64,000 nucleotides of DNA, taken from the NCBI RefSeq assembly GCF_006345805.1, contig NC_043000.1, positions 69,440,001-69,504,000 on the forward strand. The letters run 5' to 3'. The translations under genes and the position numbers were made by a program. Below, in pieces: positions 51,936-64,000 of this stretch. Source of the stretch: Octopus sinensis. Lineage: Eukaryota. The stretch's first letter is position 1. Each line of letters opens with the position of its first letter. The notes under the pieces are model-generated. The model made no database searches. It worked only from the letters and a program-made list of their open reading frames with translations, and was not told the DNA's origin.

Positions 51936-54900
51936 ACAACATTTTCTGGTTATCGTGCATTCTTTGTTAAAGATCTAGTGTCGAAGAAAAACTTCATGGT
52001 GGACACTGGTTCTTGTTGCAGTATTTGGCCTCTGCGTTGCACAACCGACAGGCCAAAACGATCTAACGTCATCTTGCACGCTATTGACTCGTCACCAATA
52101 GCCACATTCGGTCAGATCTCGTTACGCCTTGATATTAATCTTCGTCGAGACTTTCAATGGGTTTTTGTCATTGCCGACATTCCGCATCCTATTTTAGGTG
52201 CGGATTTTCTGGATAAATTTGATTTGTTGGTAGATGTTAGACGTCGGAGGTTGGTCGATAGTTCGACTACACTCTCCACGCCGACCGGAGAATCTACCAA
52301 TTTAGCTCTTAGCCCGACATTTTTTGTCGGTACATCTGGAGATGTTTTTCACTCTCTTTTAGCTTCTCTTCCAGAGCTATATGATGTTACCTTTAGGGTG
52401 GCTAAGCCATTACACTCGACACGACGCTTTATAACAACAACTGGACCTCCTGTTTTTTCACGTCCAAGGCGTCTTGCACCTGATCGACTTAAAACTGCTA
52501 GGGCTGAGTTTGAGCATATGCTCCAGCTCGGTCTGATACGCCCCTCCACCAGTCCATGGGCATCTCCCCTTCATTTAGTAAGAAAAGGGGATACAGATTT
52601 TCGCCCGGTGGGAGATTATCGGCGTCTAAATTCGGTGACGATTCCGGACAAATATCCCATAAGGATTTTAAACGATTTTTCGGCAAATTTACATGGCTGT
52701 ACTATTTTTTCTAAGGTTGACCTCATACGTGCCTACCATCAAATACCGGTCAACTCAGACGATATTCCTAAAACAGCAATTACTACTCCTTTTGGCTGTT
52801 TCGAATTTTTATTTATGAGTTTTGGTTTGAGGAATGCCACTAGTACTTTCCAACGGTTTATAGATGAAGTTGTTCGCGGACTTGATTTTGTGTTCGCGTA
52901 TGTCGATGATATTCTAATCGCAAGTGATACGCATGAAAATCATCTCCTGCACTTGTCTCAGCTTTTTCAGCGTCTTCGCGACTATGGTGTTCGCATTAAT
53001 CCAGACAAGTGTGTTTTTGGGCAACCATCTCTTAATTTTCTCGGTCATTATATTGACTCGGGAGGAATCAAACCACTCTCATCCAAAGTCGATGCTATTC
53101 AGCGCATCGCACCACCTTCTTCTTTGCGTCAACTTCGCCATTTTTTAGGCATAGTAAATTTCTATAGACGTTTCATAGATCGGTGTGCGGACAAGTTGTT
53201 ACCTTTAACACAAATGCTAAAGGGCAATTCTAAAAAGGACGCCCGTCTTACTCTTTCGGCTGAAGCACTGTCTGCCTTTGAGTTGGTTAAAAAGGAACTA
53301 GCTTCAGTCCCTATTTTGGCACATCCGGCTCCTAATGCTCCACTTACTTTATCTGTGGACGCATCAGAGTCTGCAATTGGCGCTGTTTTGCAGCACACCG
53401 TAGAGGGTGAAGTTAAACCTTTAGCTTTCTTTTCTTGTCAGCTAAAGCCAGCTGAACGCAGATATAGTACTTTTGATCGAGAGTTACTAGCGATCTATCT
53501 GTCAGTTCGGCATTTTCAACACCAGCTCGAGGGACGAGAGTTTGTGATTTATACTGATCACAAGCCCCTTACTTTTGCACTATCTTCTAAAACGGATAAA
53601 CTCTCTCCTCGTGCTTTCCGTCACCTGGACTATATTTCTCAATTTTCAAGTGACATTAGGCATGTGTCAGGGACGGAGAACATCCCGGCAGATGCTCTCT
53701 CTAGACTCCCTGTCAATTCCATTTCCTCTCCTGCAGCAATTGATTTAACTGCTATTTCGCAGGACCAACCACCTTTAGAGGAGTTGGATTTAACTTCGCC
53801 TAAGTTTATTAACTGTAAGTTTGTCTACCTTCCGCTCCCTACAGCGGAAGGCTCTATTCTTTGTGACGTTTCTACCGGTTCACCTAGACCATTAGTACCT
53901 GAGAAACATCAACGTTCTGTGTTTGATGCTCTTCATTCACTGTCACATCCAGGTATCTCTGCCACGGTAAAGCTTGTTACTGCTCGGTTCTTCTGGCCCA
54001 ATATGCGACGATCAATTACCTCTTGGGCACGCTCTTGTTTGAGGTGCCAGAGTGCTAAAGTCCATAGACACGTTCGTGCTCCACTTGGACAATTTTCCTC
54101 TCCTGAAGCCCGTTTTCGCCATATCCACCTTGATTTGGTTGGACCATGGCCTGTGAGTCGCGGGTTCTCATACATTTTAACTTGTATTGATCGCTTTTCA
54201 CGCTGGCCGGAAGCTATTCCTATAGCAGACATTTCAGCTGAAACTGTTGCGAGGGCTTTCGTATCTAATTGGATTTCGAGGTATGGTGTACCGTACAGTT
54301 TAACCACAGATCGTGGTCGACAATTCGAGTCTGCATTGTTTCGTGAGTTATCACGAATCCTGGGGATGCATCATATACGCACCACAAGTTACCACCCCGC
54401 TTCTAATGGGATGGTGGAGCGTTTCCATAGGCAACTTAAGGCCGCTTTGCGTGCCTCGCCGAATCCACAGTCATGGACTGAATTTCTACCGATCGTCCTG
54501 CTTGGATGTCGGACTGCGATTAAAGCAGACCTTGGTTTTTCGTCTGCCGAGCTCTTGTATGGTACCACACTGGCATTGCCTGGTACGATGTTGGTGCCAG
54601 ACAAGTCACAGTCTCTTAATTTAGAGTCTTATGTTGCTCGATTACGCAGATACTTTTCTGCCCTTCCTCCTATGGACCCTCGACACCAAAATCCTCCTTC
54701 TAGTGTGCCATCAGACCTTAATTCTTGGACGCATGTTTTTATTCGTGATAATTCTGTCAAAGGACCTCTTGTTTCTCCTTATAAAGGACCTTTTCGTGCG
54801 ATTTCTCGCACGCCGAAGGTATTCAAACTTGAAATTAACGGTCGTTCGGAGACCGTCTCCGTAGATCGTCTTAAAAGGGCATATTTTGAGGTGTCCACAT

Positions 54901-55106
54901 CTTTTAATGACCCCACTGCCACAACCATCGTTGAACCTTCACATGCACCTTTGACAACACCACTATTTACACATGCACCATTATCAACACCAACATCGAC
55001 AACACCACCTTCGTCGTCGCAGCCTGCCTCGAACAGACCTTATGTTACGAGGTCAGGCAGAACTGTTCACTGGCCGAAAAAACTTTCCAAAACTATTTAT
55101 ATTTGA
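51915..55106 (+). CDS. pol: Pol (protease-RT-RNase H-integrase), probably made as a Gag-Pol fusion
   Basis: VDTGS protease, YVDD RT, DAS...ELLAI...TDH RNase H, H-x4-H...C-x2-C zinc domain and DLVG/TDRG/ERFHR integrase core. 1063 codons without a stop. Confidence 0.95.
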   Translation: MSTSTSSTTFSGYRAFFVKDLVSKKNFMVDTGSCCSIWPLRCTTDRPKRSNVILHAIDSSPIATFGQISLRLDINLRRDFQWVFVIADIPHPILGADFLDKFDLLVDVRRRRLVDSSTTLSTPTGESTNLALSPTFFVGTSGDVFHSLLASLPELYDVTFRVAKPLHSTRRFITTTGPPVFSRPRRLAPDRLKTARAEFEHMLQLGLIRPSTSPWASPLHLVRKGDTDFRPVGDYRRLNSVTIPDKYPIRILNDFSANLHGCTIFSKVDLIRAYHQIPVNSDDIPKTAITTPFGCFEFLFMSFGLRNATSTFQRFIDEVVRGLDFVFAYVDDILIASDTHENHLLHLSQLFQRLRDYGVRINPDKCVFGQPSLNFLGHYIDSGGIKPLSSKVDAIQRIAPPSSLRQLRHFLGIVNFYRRFIDRCADKLLPLTQMLKGNSKKDARLTLSAEALSAFELVKKELASVPILAHPAPNAPLTLSVDASESAIGAVLQHTVEGEVKPLAFFSCQLKPAERRYSTFDRELLAIYLSVRHFQHQLEGREFVIYTDHKPLTFALSSKTDKLSPRAFRHLDYISQFSSDIRHVSGTENIPADALSRLPVNSISSPAAIDLTAISQDQPPLEELDLTSPKFINCKFVYLPLPTAEGSILCDVSTGSPRPLVPEKHQRSVFDALHSLSHPGISATVKLVTARFFWPNMRRSITSWARSCLRCQSAKVHRHVRAPLGQFSSPEARFRHIHLDLVGPWPVSRGFSYILTCIDRFSRWPEAIPIADISAETVARAFVSNWISRYGVPYSLTTDRGRQFESALFRELSRILGMHHIRTTSYHPASNGMVERFHRQLKAALRASPNPQSWTEFLPIVLLGCRTAIKADLGFSSAELLYGTTLALPGTMLVPDKSQSLNLESYVARLRRYFSALPPMDPRHQNPPSSVPSDLNSWTHVFIRDNSVKGPLVSPYKGPFRAISRTPKVFKLEINGRSETVSVDRLKRAYFEVSTSFNDPTATTIVEPSHAPLTTPLFTHAPLSTPTSTTPPSSSQPASNRPYVTRSGRTVHWPKKLSKTIYI

Positions 55107-55316
55107 CATTTTCAATTGTCTTCCCATTGACAGTTCAATACTCATTGAACTTTGCTCATTTTGAGTATTTTTTCTCTTTTTACCTTTTAGGTGAATTTTT
55201 TTTTGTTGTTTTAATGTATTATATTGTGTGTTATTTTGGTTGTCTGGTATCCACCTTGAGTTTTGCAGTCACTACAATAAGTTTCCTTCGTGCATACGCA
55301 CTTGTGGGGGAGCCTT

Positions 55317-55878
55317 TGTAGTGACGCTATACAACAGCGCGCGCGCGCAACGCCCTTTTCTGATTCGCGCGTGTTTTCATCACCAAGAGGGAACATTGCT
55401 ATCGTGGAATTAGCTGATTGGCTAGGAAAAGCGACCCTTAGAAAAGAGGCAAGGGAACGCAAAAACCTTGACCATCAGCGTCCAGCAGAGACAGCAGAGA
55501 CAGCAGAAGGCCTTTGATACCAGCAGACGTATATTTCTCTCTGTCCAGCTTTGATAGCAGTCGGCCGAAGGTTTTTTACCAAATTGTTGCAGACAACATC
55601 GTCTTCATATTCCGCGGCCATCTTTAACCCGTTCTGTTTTTAGCGGCTGAACATTGTAAATATTACAATCGTTTAACTTTCAGCCTTGCGCGCCCAGAAC
55701 CAAGGATATCAGATATACCACTGATTTCTCACCGGTATAAAACAATAAAGTATATCTATTTTTTACGTCTGCGTTTTGTGTTTCTTTGACTGGTAGAATC
55801 TGGATTTAAAAGCAACGGATAGTGATTGCTTCTCGCACCCCCAAAAGGTCCAGAGAAGATATTCACATTTTCGTTACA
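55317..55878 (+). repeat. 3' LTR (562 bp), preceded by PPT GGGGGAG (55306-55312)
   Basis: Direct repeat of 50171-50732. Confidence 0.95.
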
Positions 55879-57248
55879 GATACAACAGTGGCAAAAGACC
55901 GCCTTACAATAGTAGCGACGAGGAAAAACAAATTAACGTGGAGTGAAAAGAAAAAAATATTTACACGGCGAGTTTAAACTAATTCACGTGGAAAATTAAA
56001 TGTCTCGACAAAAGAAAAAAATCATGTTGCGCAAACCTATGAAAATCGTAAAATATGGAAGAAATGTGCAGAAAAGTCGAAAGACAAAGTGTTGCAGGTA
56101 AAACAGAAAAAATATTGGGATGTAGACCCATGTATAGCATGTAGTAGGATGCACCTGAAAAAAGGCTGTTTTATAAAAATGCAATGTGTTTTGCTGCGGG
56201 TTTACAGGACATAAAATCGCACTGCAAAATAGAATGACAGGAAAATGGAACAAACAAGAAAAAATATATAGTTTGTCAGCAGAAAAAGTTGCGACTACAA
56301 CAAATAGAAAATTCGTGAATGTGAGAATTAAAAACACTAGTGTCAGAATGCAATTAGTCATGGGAAGTGATATTACGATCATAAACGAGAAAACATCGGA
56401 ACAAATAAGCAAACCAAAATTATGTAGCTCAAACAAAATAGTGTACGGTGTTACGAGAAGAAAATAGTAGCGACGAGGAAAAACAATTTATCAATATCTC
56501 CTCGTGTTACAGCTTTACGATGTTCCTCTACTCTTATTTTGAGGGGGGTGGCATGTTTCGCCTTTGTATAACCTACCATAGCTGCATGGGATGGAGTACA
56601 CGCAGTCTTTGGTCATATTCTCTTCTATTGGTGGTTTTATTCGAAGGAGATATTTGCGAAGTGTTGTATTACTCCTGAATACTGTCCTGATGTCTTATGA
56701 ACGGGAAAACGCTTTTGTAATATAACGTTCAAAGGTCGAAGCAAAAATGTGAATGTTTGTTTTGGAAAAATCCATGAATTTATTTGGCACCGAATGTATG
56801 GAGAAATTTAATTTATGGAATACACCCATACGCGCTTTCTGCAATCGCGTAAACAGAGTAGTCAAACGATGGTATGAGGTCGATGAACTGAAGGAAAAAA
56901 AGTGATGTGGAATATCGGGCGTGTACTTTGGAAGAAATAAAAATAAATGCGAGAAAGGACAATTTTATTAATGAGACAAAAAAAAAAAAACTGTGGTTGA
57001 CAAAAGAAAATAAAGGTCTGAGGCAAAGAACTGCCAAGATGTGAGTGTGTACTCTATATGTGATGGTGTACTAATGTACGCTCAAAGGATGGTCATACCA
57101 CAGACATTACAGAAGAGAATGTATGGATGTCCCACATCCAGACACCTTTAGAATGGAAGCGCTGATGCGAAGTCTCGTATTCTAACCAAGCATAGACATG
57201 GAACATTATTTACATTTGAGGATATTTGTCCTCATCTTGCTTGTTGTT

Positions 57249-57294
57249 AACACAACGTTTCGGCTGATGTACTCGCCAGCCTTCATCAGGTGTC
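57249..57294 (-). ncRNA. Minimal type I hammerhead ribozyme
   Basis: GACAC-CTGATGA-A-GGCTG(GCGAGTACAT)CAGCC-GAAA-CGT-T-GTGTT. ACGT is self-complementary (dimer-type stem III) and the cleavage triplet is GUU. Confidence 0.75.
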
Positions 57295-58353
57295 CTGAGG
57301 GAATTTCGAACCTGGGTTCTCATTTTCGATGTTATTATTATTATTATTGACCACTACGCCATATGCCCGTGGGTAATTATGGAGTGAATTTTAGGGCCTA
57401 TAAATCTAATATTTTCCTATCTTTCCTTAATACCGGTCCCCATATCTGCACTAAGTATGCTTAGGAGGTTATTATGTCCTATCATATATGCTGCCTCTTT
57501 TAGTTTTCATATTTTCCAATGGTGTTCTCTGTCTATTATTTTAACTTCATCCAACAGGGGGAGGTGGTTTCTGTTTCTCCATACATCATCAGCTATACCC
57601 GATTTATCAATATCTCCTCGTGTCACAGCTTTACGATGTCCTCTACTCTTATTTTGAGGGGGGTGGCATGTTTCGCCTTTGTATAACCTACCATAGCTGC
57701 ATGGGATGGAGTACACACAGTCTTTGGTCATATTCTCTTCTATTGGTGGTTTTACTCGAAGGAGATATTTGCGAAGTGTTGTATTACTCCTGAATACTGT
57801 CCTGATGTCTTATGAACGCAAATCTTTTGCATCTTTTCGGAGAGGCCTTTCACATAGGGTAGACAGACTGTGGTTAGTTTATGGGTTTCATCCTCTCTTT
57901 TCTTCATAATTGAAGTGGATAGTATGTTTTTTGGTAGTTGTTGCTTAATAGATTGTTACTTAACTTGATCGTTTCTTCGTGGTGCGTATCAGGATCGCTA
58001 CTTATATTCTTTGCTCGATGTTTTAGGCACTGAACAATCCCTCTCTTTACACTGCATGGATGGTGGTAATTGAAGTTGAGGTATCGTCCAGTGAAGGTTG
58101 GCTTGCGGTATACGGATGTCAGGGATCCATACTTGGTTCGTGTTATTAATACGCCCAAAATGTTACTGATTGTCCGTTTCCTTTTCCATTGTGAACTGTA
58201 TGGATGGTTTTATGGAGTTCACAGGATCTAACAGTATTTGAACATCTTCTTGGTAGGGCCAGAGTATAAAGGTGTCATCAATATATCGCAGCCATAGGGT
58301 TGGTTTTTGTGGTGCTGATCCTAAAACCAAATTCTCAAAGTATTCTATGTATA

Positions 58354-58417
58354 TGGCGTAGTGGTTACGAGCGCGGGCTACCAACCCCAAGATTCCGAGC
58401 TCGATTCCAGACAGTGA

Positions 58418-58420
<3 letters not shown>
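58354..58420 (+). promoter_or_regulatory. tRNA-like Pol III head (A and B boxes)
   Basis: A box TGGCGTAGTGG at 58354-58364 and B-box-like GCTCGATTC at 58399-58407 (one mismatch), followed by (AAT)n. Confidence 0.65.
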
Positions 58421-58471
<51 letters not shown>

Positions 58472-58530
58472 CAACAACAACATCGGAAAAATACCTTAGG
58501 AATGAGAACGTAGGTTCGAAGTTTCCCCAG

Positions 58531-58568
58531 GATTCCTGATGAAGGCTGGAGAGCCGAAACGTTGAGTT
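58531..58568 (+). ncRNA. Minimal type I hammerhead ribozyme
   Basis: GATTC-CTGATGA-A-GGCT(GGAG)AGCC-GAAA-CGT-T-GAGTT. Confidence 0.75.
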
Positions 58569-59399
58569 AACAACAAACAAGATGAGGACAAATATCCATC
58601 AAATGTAAATAATTTACATAATTCCTCATGTCTCAAATATTGAACTGTATAGGCAAGGAAGTTGAAAACTTGGTAAAAGGCTGCAGAGGATGTGCACTGG
58701 CAGCGAATCTACCTACTACAAATTGTGAACCTTGGTTAGAAGAGAATTGCATATCGATTGCATATCGATTTTGCAGGCCCGATAAATGGATATTATTACT
58801 TAATAGTGGCAGAAAGCTACACAGAATGGCTTGCGATCGCGCAGTGTAAACGACCAACTTTTTACACGGACTGTTCGCAAGATTTGGTGTACCGGATATA
58901 ATTGTCTCTGATAATGGATCACAGTTTATATCCTGTGAGTTTAAAAGTTTCTATGAGATTTTTACGTTAGAACATAAAACTACAGCACCCTAGATCGAAT
59001 GGAAGGGCCGACGGTTCGTGGACACTTTTAATACAGCTTTAAAGAAAGCTAATAAGGAAGCCATAGACGAGGTCGTGGTCCAACAAGTTTTAAGGCTATA
59101 CAGAGTAACTCCGAATTCAAATGCGTCAGAAGTAAGTTCACAAGCAAAATTAATGTTTGCCGGAAAGGTGAAGTCAGTATTCGATAAACTGCTACCAGTG
59201 AAGAAAAAATACGTGCTAGTAAAGACATACCGTAGAGAAAGCATGAAGGATTATGATTAAAAGAGAAAAAATATCTTCTCTACGGGAAATATAGATTCTG
59301 ATATTTCAAATAAAAATACACATATACTTATATACATGTGTATACATAATGTCAGCTTCGCAATGTGAGCCAAAGAGATTAAGTCAATACCTAATTGAC

Positions 59400-59505
<106 letters not shown>

Positions 59506-60095
59506 TTCTATCTATCTATCTGTCTGTCTGTCTGTCTGTCTGTTACTCTCTCTGTCTGTCTATCTATCTCTGTCTCTCTCTATACATAAATATATAACTC
59601 TTACAATATATATGCATACATAAATACATACACACACTGACACACGCACAGACACGCATACAAGCTTACATACACTGTCACACACACACACACATATATA
59701 TTTATATGTGTGTGTATGTATGCTTACACGGCTGCAGATATGCGTACACACACATCATGACGTGAGTGTTTAACATTTACAGCAGTGCGTTCAATGGCGA
59801 ATCATTGTAAAATCTACACTAAATGTAAGAAATGCCCCAGCAAGATGATTTGAGATACACGGCCTGGTAGAAAATTTGGCGAAAACTGTACGTTGAAATG
59901 AGGCCGGGGTTTATGTATTCGTGCACGTACATATGCTTGCGTGTGTATATCTATGTATGGCATTATGTAAGTATCAATATTTGTGTGTGTGTATATATAT
60001 ATATATATTGAAAATATTTATATATTACGATATTAGGTCTAATATTATTATACTGAATTTTACCTGTAAGGTTGGAATATTAATTTATTTCCTAA

Positions 60096-60155
<60 letters not shown>

Positions 60156-60172
60156 CATCATCATCATCATTA

Positions 60173-60231
<59 letters not shown>

Positions 60232-60243
60232 GTTGTTATATAT

Positions 60244-60512
60244 ATAAATTAGAGACAAACCGCTACTTAGTTATTCAATCAATAGTGAAAAGATATTATC
60301 TATAATAACCACATAGAAATTAATTAAATATCTTATGATTATTATTCTAAAAATCTCATAACAAATCAAACTTTAAATTGACTATGCGCGTTTCATGACT
60401 AAATATATAAATTTTTAGAATAATAATTACAAGTTATTTAATTAATTTCTATGTGGTTATTATAGATATCTTTTCACTATCGATTGAATAACTAAATACC
60501 GGTTTGTCTCTA

Positions 60513-60518
<6 letters not shown>
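60244..60518. repeat. Foldback element with about 110-bp imperfect arms, within (TA)n
   Basis: AAATTAGAGACAAACC...ATTCTAAAAAT (60245-60354) is matched in reverse complement by 60411-60517. Confidence 0.85.
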
Positions 60519-60543
<25 letters not shown>

Positions 60544-60950
60544 GGCGCAGGAGTGGCTATGTGGTAAGTAGCTTGCTAACCAATCACATGGTTCCGGGTT
60601 CAGTCCCACTGCGTGGCATCTTGGGCAAGTGTCTTCTGCTATAGCCCCGGGCCGACCAATGCCTTGTGAGTGGATTTGGTAGACGGAAACTGAAAGAAGC
60701 CTGTCGTATATATGTATATATATATGTGTGTGTGTGTGTGTTTGTGTGTCTGTGTTTGTCCCCCTAGCATTGCTTGACAACCGATGCTGGTGTGTTTATG
60801 TCCCGGTCACTTAGCGGTTCGGCAAAAGAGACTGATAGAATAAGTACTGGACTTACAAAGAATGAGTCCCGGAGTCGATTTGCTCGACTAAAGGCGGTGC
60901 TCCAGCATGGCCGCAGTCAAATGACTGAAACAAGTAAAAGAGTAAAAGAG
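60544..60950 (+). mobile_element. SINE family 1, full length
   Basis: Head GGCGCAGGAGTGGCTATGTGGTAAGTAGC...GGGTTCAGTCC, a CORE-like CTTGGGCAAGT, and tail (GTAAAAGA)2. Confidence 0.85.
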
Positions 60951-61206
60951 TATTTTTTTATTGTAAATTTTGATTTAGTGTGCTAAATTGAAATGTTTTC
61001 CCTGTTAGCTTATAAATGGGAAACAAGGTGGCAAAATAGTACTCGAATACCAGAGGTAGAATTATATGCTTTATGAAAAAGCAGTAAAAATACCAGAAAA
61101 ACTATTAGTTAGAGATTGTAAACAAAATTGTCCGTCCGACGACCGGGAACGTGAAACTCTGACTAACAGTTTCTGTGATACTTTTGCTGCTTTTTGATAA
61201 AGTATA

Positions 61207-61265
<59 letters not shown>

Positions 61266-61761
61266 GCATGTATGTGAACGTGTGTGTGTGTGTGTTTGTG
61301 TGTCTGTGTTTGTCCCCCTAGCATTGCTTGACAACCGATGCTGGTGTGTTTATGTCCCGGTCACTTAGCGGTTCGGCAAAAGAGACTGATAGAATAAGTA
61401 CTGAACTTACAAAGAATGAGTCCCGGAGTCGATTTGCTCGACTAAAGGCGGTGCTCCAGCATGGCCGCAGTCAAATGACTGAAACAAGTAAAAGAGTAAA
61501 AGAGTATTTTTTTATTGTAAATTTTGATTTAGTGTGCTAAATTGAAATGTTTTCCCTGTTAGCTTATAAATGGGAAACAAGGTGGCAAAATAGTACTCGA
61601 ATACCAGAGGTAGAATTATATGCTTTATGAAAAAGCAGTAAAAATACCAGAAAAACTATTAGTTAGAGATTGTAAACAAAATTGTCCGTCCGACGACCGG
61701 AACGTGAAACTCTGACTAACAGTTTCTGTGATACTTTTGCTGCTTTTTGATAAAGTATATA

Positions 61762-61820
<59 letters not shown>

Positions 61821-61840
61821 GCATGTATGTGAACGTGTGT
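60727..61840 (+). repeat. Near-identical tandem duplication, period 554 bp
   Basis: TTTGTGTGTCTGTG occurs at 60741 and 61295; the unit boundaries fall in (TG)n tracts. Confidence 0.9.
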
Positions 61841-62539
61841 GTGTGGTGTGTGTGTGTGTGTATGTGTGTGTGTGTGTGTGTGTGTGCGTAGGTAGATAGA
61901 TAGATGATAACTGATAACTGATAGAACATGGCATGAACATCTTGTATATAAAAATCTTTACAATTGTTTCCTCGCATTTTTATACCTGTTGTACATTGGT
62001 GAGATGTGTCGTCCTCTCTTTATTTCACTCACACTGAGTGAAATGAAGAGAGGATCTAACGAAGGAGAATTTAAACAATCACCTGAGGAAGCGCATTTTA
62101 CATCTCAGAACTATGATTGCTGAATGGTTACTCAGCATCTCATCAACGTACTACAAGGGCAAAAATGTGCTGAACAATTGTAAAGATTCTAAACGAAAAA
62201 TGTCGCTCATGCTATTTTCTATCAGTTTCTATTTATCTAGGCTCTACGGATACTATGGAATTCTGGTGTATATCCAGCAACAGGAGTATTTGTACTGAAT
62301 GCTGATATTACATAGCCAATAACTTTGGAAAGCTTTGCATAACATTTTACTAGGTATTTACCGGAATCTTATTTAACTATATATATAAATGTGTGTGTAT
62401 GTGTGTGTATGCAATGGAAATGGTATGGTGAACATTCAACGCTAAAAAGGAAAATCAAACAGTGTTTTAACTCTGTGTGAGTATACGTATGCATATGTGT
62501 GGACAAGGGAAGTATGTGAATGTTTGTATGTATGAACCA

Positions 62540-63165
62540 GTGTTCTTTCAGTAACAAACAATGAACGATGTCACATCTTAACAGACAACCACTTGATAAC
62601 ATTGAGAATTATATCAATTTGATTTACCATCCATATTCTGTCTGTTTTATTATAAATAATTATTTCAATCAAACACACCTACACAAACATAACATATACA
62701 AACTCATTAGAGAAAATAATTATTGCCTGCGTGTATCAAGAATATAAAACGACTGTAGTTGAAAGATATATTATAAATACACATCTTAATTTAACAGTTT
62801 ATACATGTCCTAAATTTATTAATATTAAGAAATGTTTTTCCAATGTTCTTTCAGTAACTATACAAAGACTAACCAGCGTTCTTTCAGTAAAAGCGATGAT
62901 CGATACCACATCTCAAAATACAACCACAAGATAATATTGAGAAGTGTATTAATATGAATTACCATCTAATTTCTATCTGTTGTGTTATACATAATTATTA
63001 CAATCACACACATCTACACAAACATATACATATACAAACTCATTAGAGAAAATAATTATTGCCTGAGTGTAACAAGAATATAAAACGACAGCAGTTGAAA
63101 AGCATAGTATAAATACAAATTTAACACTTCGTACAAGTGCCTAATTTATTCATATTAAGAAATAT
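62540..63165 (+). repeat. Old diverged tandem duplication of about 305 bp
   Basis: ACAAACTCATTAGAGAAAATAATTATTGCCTG occurs at about 62698 and 63034 with colinear flanks. Confidence 0.7.
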
Positions 63166-63945
63166 ATGTAATAAATTTATAATATGGCATTTTTTCAGCA
63201 TCAGCTATAAGTCACGGACTGCTTTTGTGGCTTTAAGTCGTATGAGTTTTGGTTGGTTTCGGCAATGAAGAGCGCAATTGAAAGGAAACGTCGCTTCGAA
63301 AATGTTGATATTTACTTGCCAGCCCCCGCATTCAGTCACTACCAGCTTTATGATATACAAGAAGGAAGGAAAACTTAAAAATTCTTTGAATGAATCAAGC
63401 AGTCAAGGGATGATAATTGCGCATAACATTTGGCAATAAAAGAATTATTAAACTAAAAACTTGGTTTTGTACCTTATTTATATATAAATTACTACAATTA
63501 GCCGTAATTATTGACAGCACGCTAGTCTTATTGACGGCCAGCTAGTCTTATAATAATTCTGCTTGTCATTACGCCACTTAGCCCGACGGTAACGCTTTCA
63601 CGTGATTAGAGAAAAAGAGGGTGAATGAAGTGTTCATGGCGTATGGTAAAGAGAACTGTAAACCTTTAATGTGATTACCTGAAGGGAATGAGAGAACAAA
63701 AGAAAAACAAAAAGGAAAGAGAAAAATAGGATAGGCGAAAAGTAAAGCAGAAAGAGAAAGAAATAAAAAGAGGGAGAGAGAAAAGATGGAAAGAGAAGTG
63801 TCCATGACATATGGTAGGGGAAACAATATTTATTACGTGGTTAAAAAAGTTATTTGAATGGAGTGATACAGAGGAAAGTTAGGAATATAATTTTAGCAGA
63901 AGGGTGATGTTCTGATGGTGAGAGTAAAGAAAGACAGAGAGGGGA

Positions 63946-63976
<31 letters not shown>

Positions 63977-64000
63977 GGTACTGGTGGTAGTGCTAGTGGT

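Larger units (their letters stand above)
50171..55878 (+). mobile_element. Intact Ty3/Gypsy LTR retrotransposon (CsRn1/Kabuki-like)
   Basis: TG...CA LTRs, 4-bp TSD GATA (50167-50170 and 55879-55882), PBS, PPT and uninterrupted gag and pol. Confidence 0.95.
57200..58648 (-). mobile_element. 5'-truncated PLE (Penelope/Poseidon-like) with inverted, hammerhead-bearing terminal units
   Basis: Minus-strand IYIEYFE...WLRYIDDTF...FTME, VYRKPT...HHP and VYSIPC..GRLYKGET. Terminal units at 57200-57365 (-) and 58351-58648 (+). Possible diverged TSD ATAGACATGGAA / ATAGGCAAGGAA. Confidence 0.85.
49864..59260 (+). mobile_element. Old Mag-like Gypsy remnant, split by the CsRn1-like element and a PLE
   Basis: PBS-like TAGCGACGAGG at about 55913. 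Protease relic VRMQLVMGSDITII. Integrase relics HPDTFRMEALMRS...IDME | GKEVENLVKGCRGC, IDFAGP, SDNGSQF and SNG. The 5' LTR limits are uncertain. Confidence 0.6.

Overview
AT-rich, microsatellite-laden animal genomic DNA. The repeat families resemble those I recall from octopus, so a coleoid cephalopod origin is inferred, not verified. Host content: (1) a divergently transcribed pair of paralogous 5-exon genes (A, minus, 25460-29447, 507 aa; B, plus, 43085-47369, 470 aa) encoding secreted signal peptide-vWA(MIDAS)-Thr-rich linker-degenerate vWA proteins, with patchy near-identity suggesting gene conversion; (2) an intronless, 3'-truncated Rdx/SelW-family reading frame with an in-frame TGA in a C-x-x-U motif (19659-19880, minus), missed by the ORF track. 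Most of the rest is mobile DNA: a disrupted Tx1/L1-like LINE whose 3' UTR matches a SINE tail; at least six Penelope-like element (PLE) remnants, several with inverted pseudo-LTRs and minimal type I hammerhead ribozymes, one of them fused to a tRNA-like Pol III head; an intact young CsRn1-like Gypsy element (562-bp LTRs, GATA TSD, UUUAAAC -1 frameshift) nested in an older Mag-like Gypsy; two mariner remnants; three tRNA-derived SINE families; and several foldback hairpins. All alignments, folds and counts were done by eye, and family names come from recalled motifs, so they need database confirmation.
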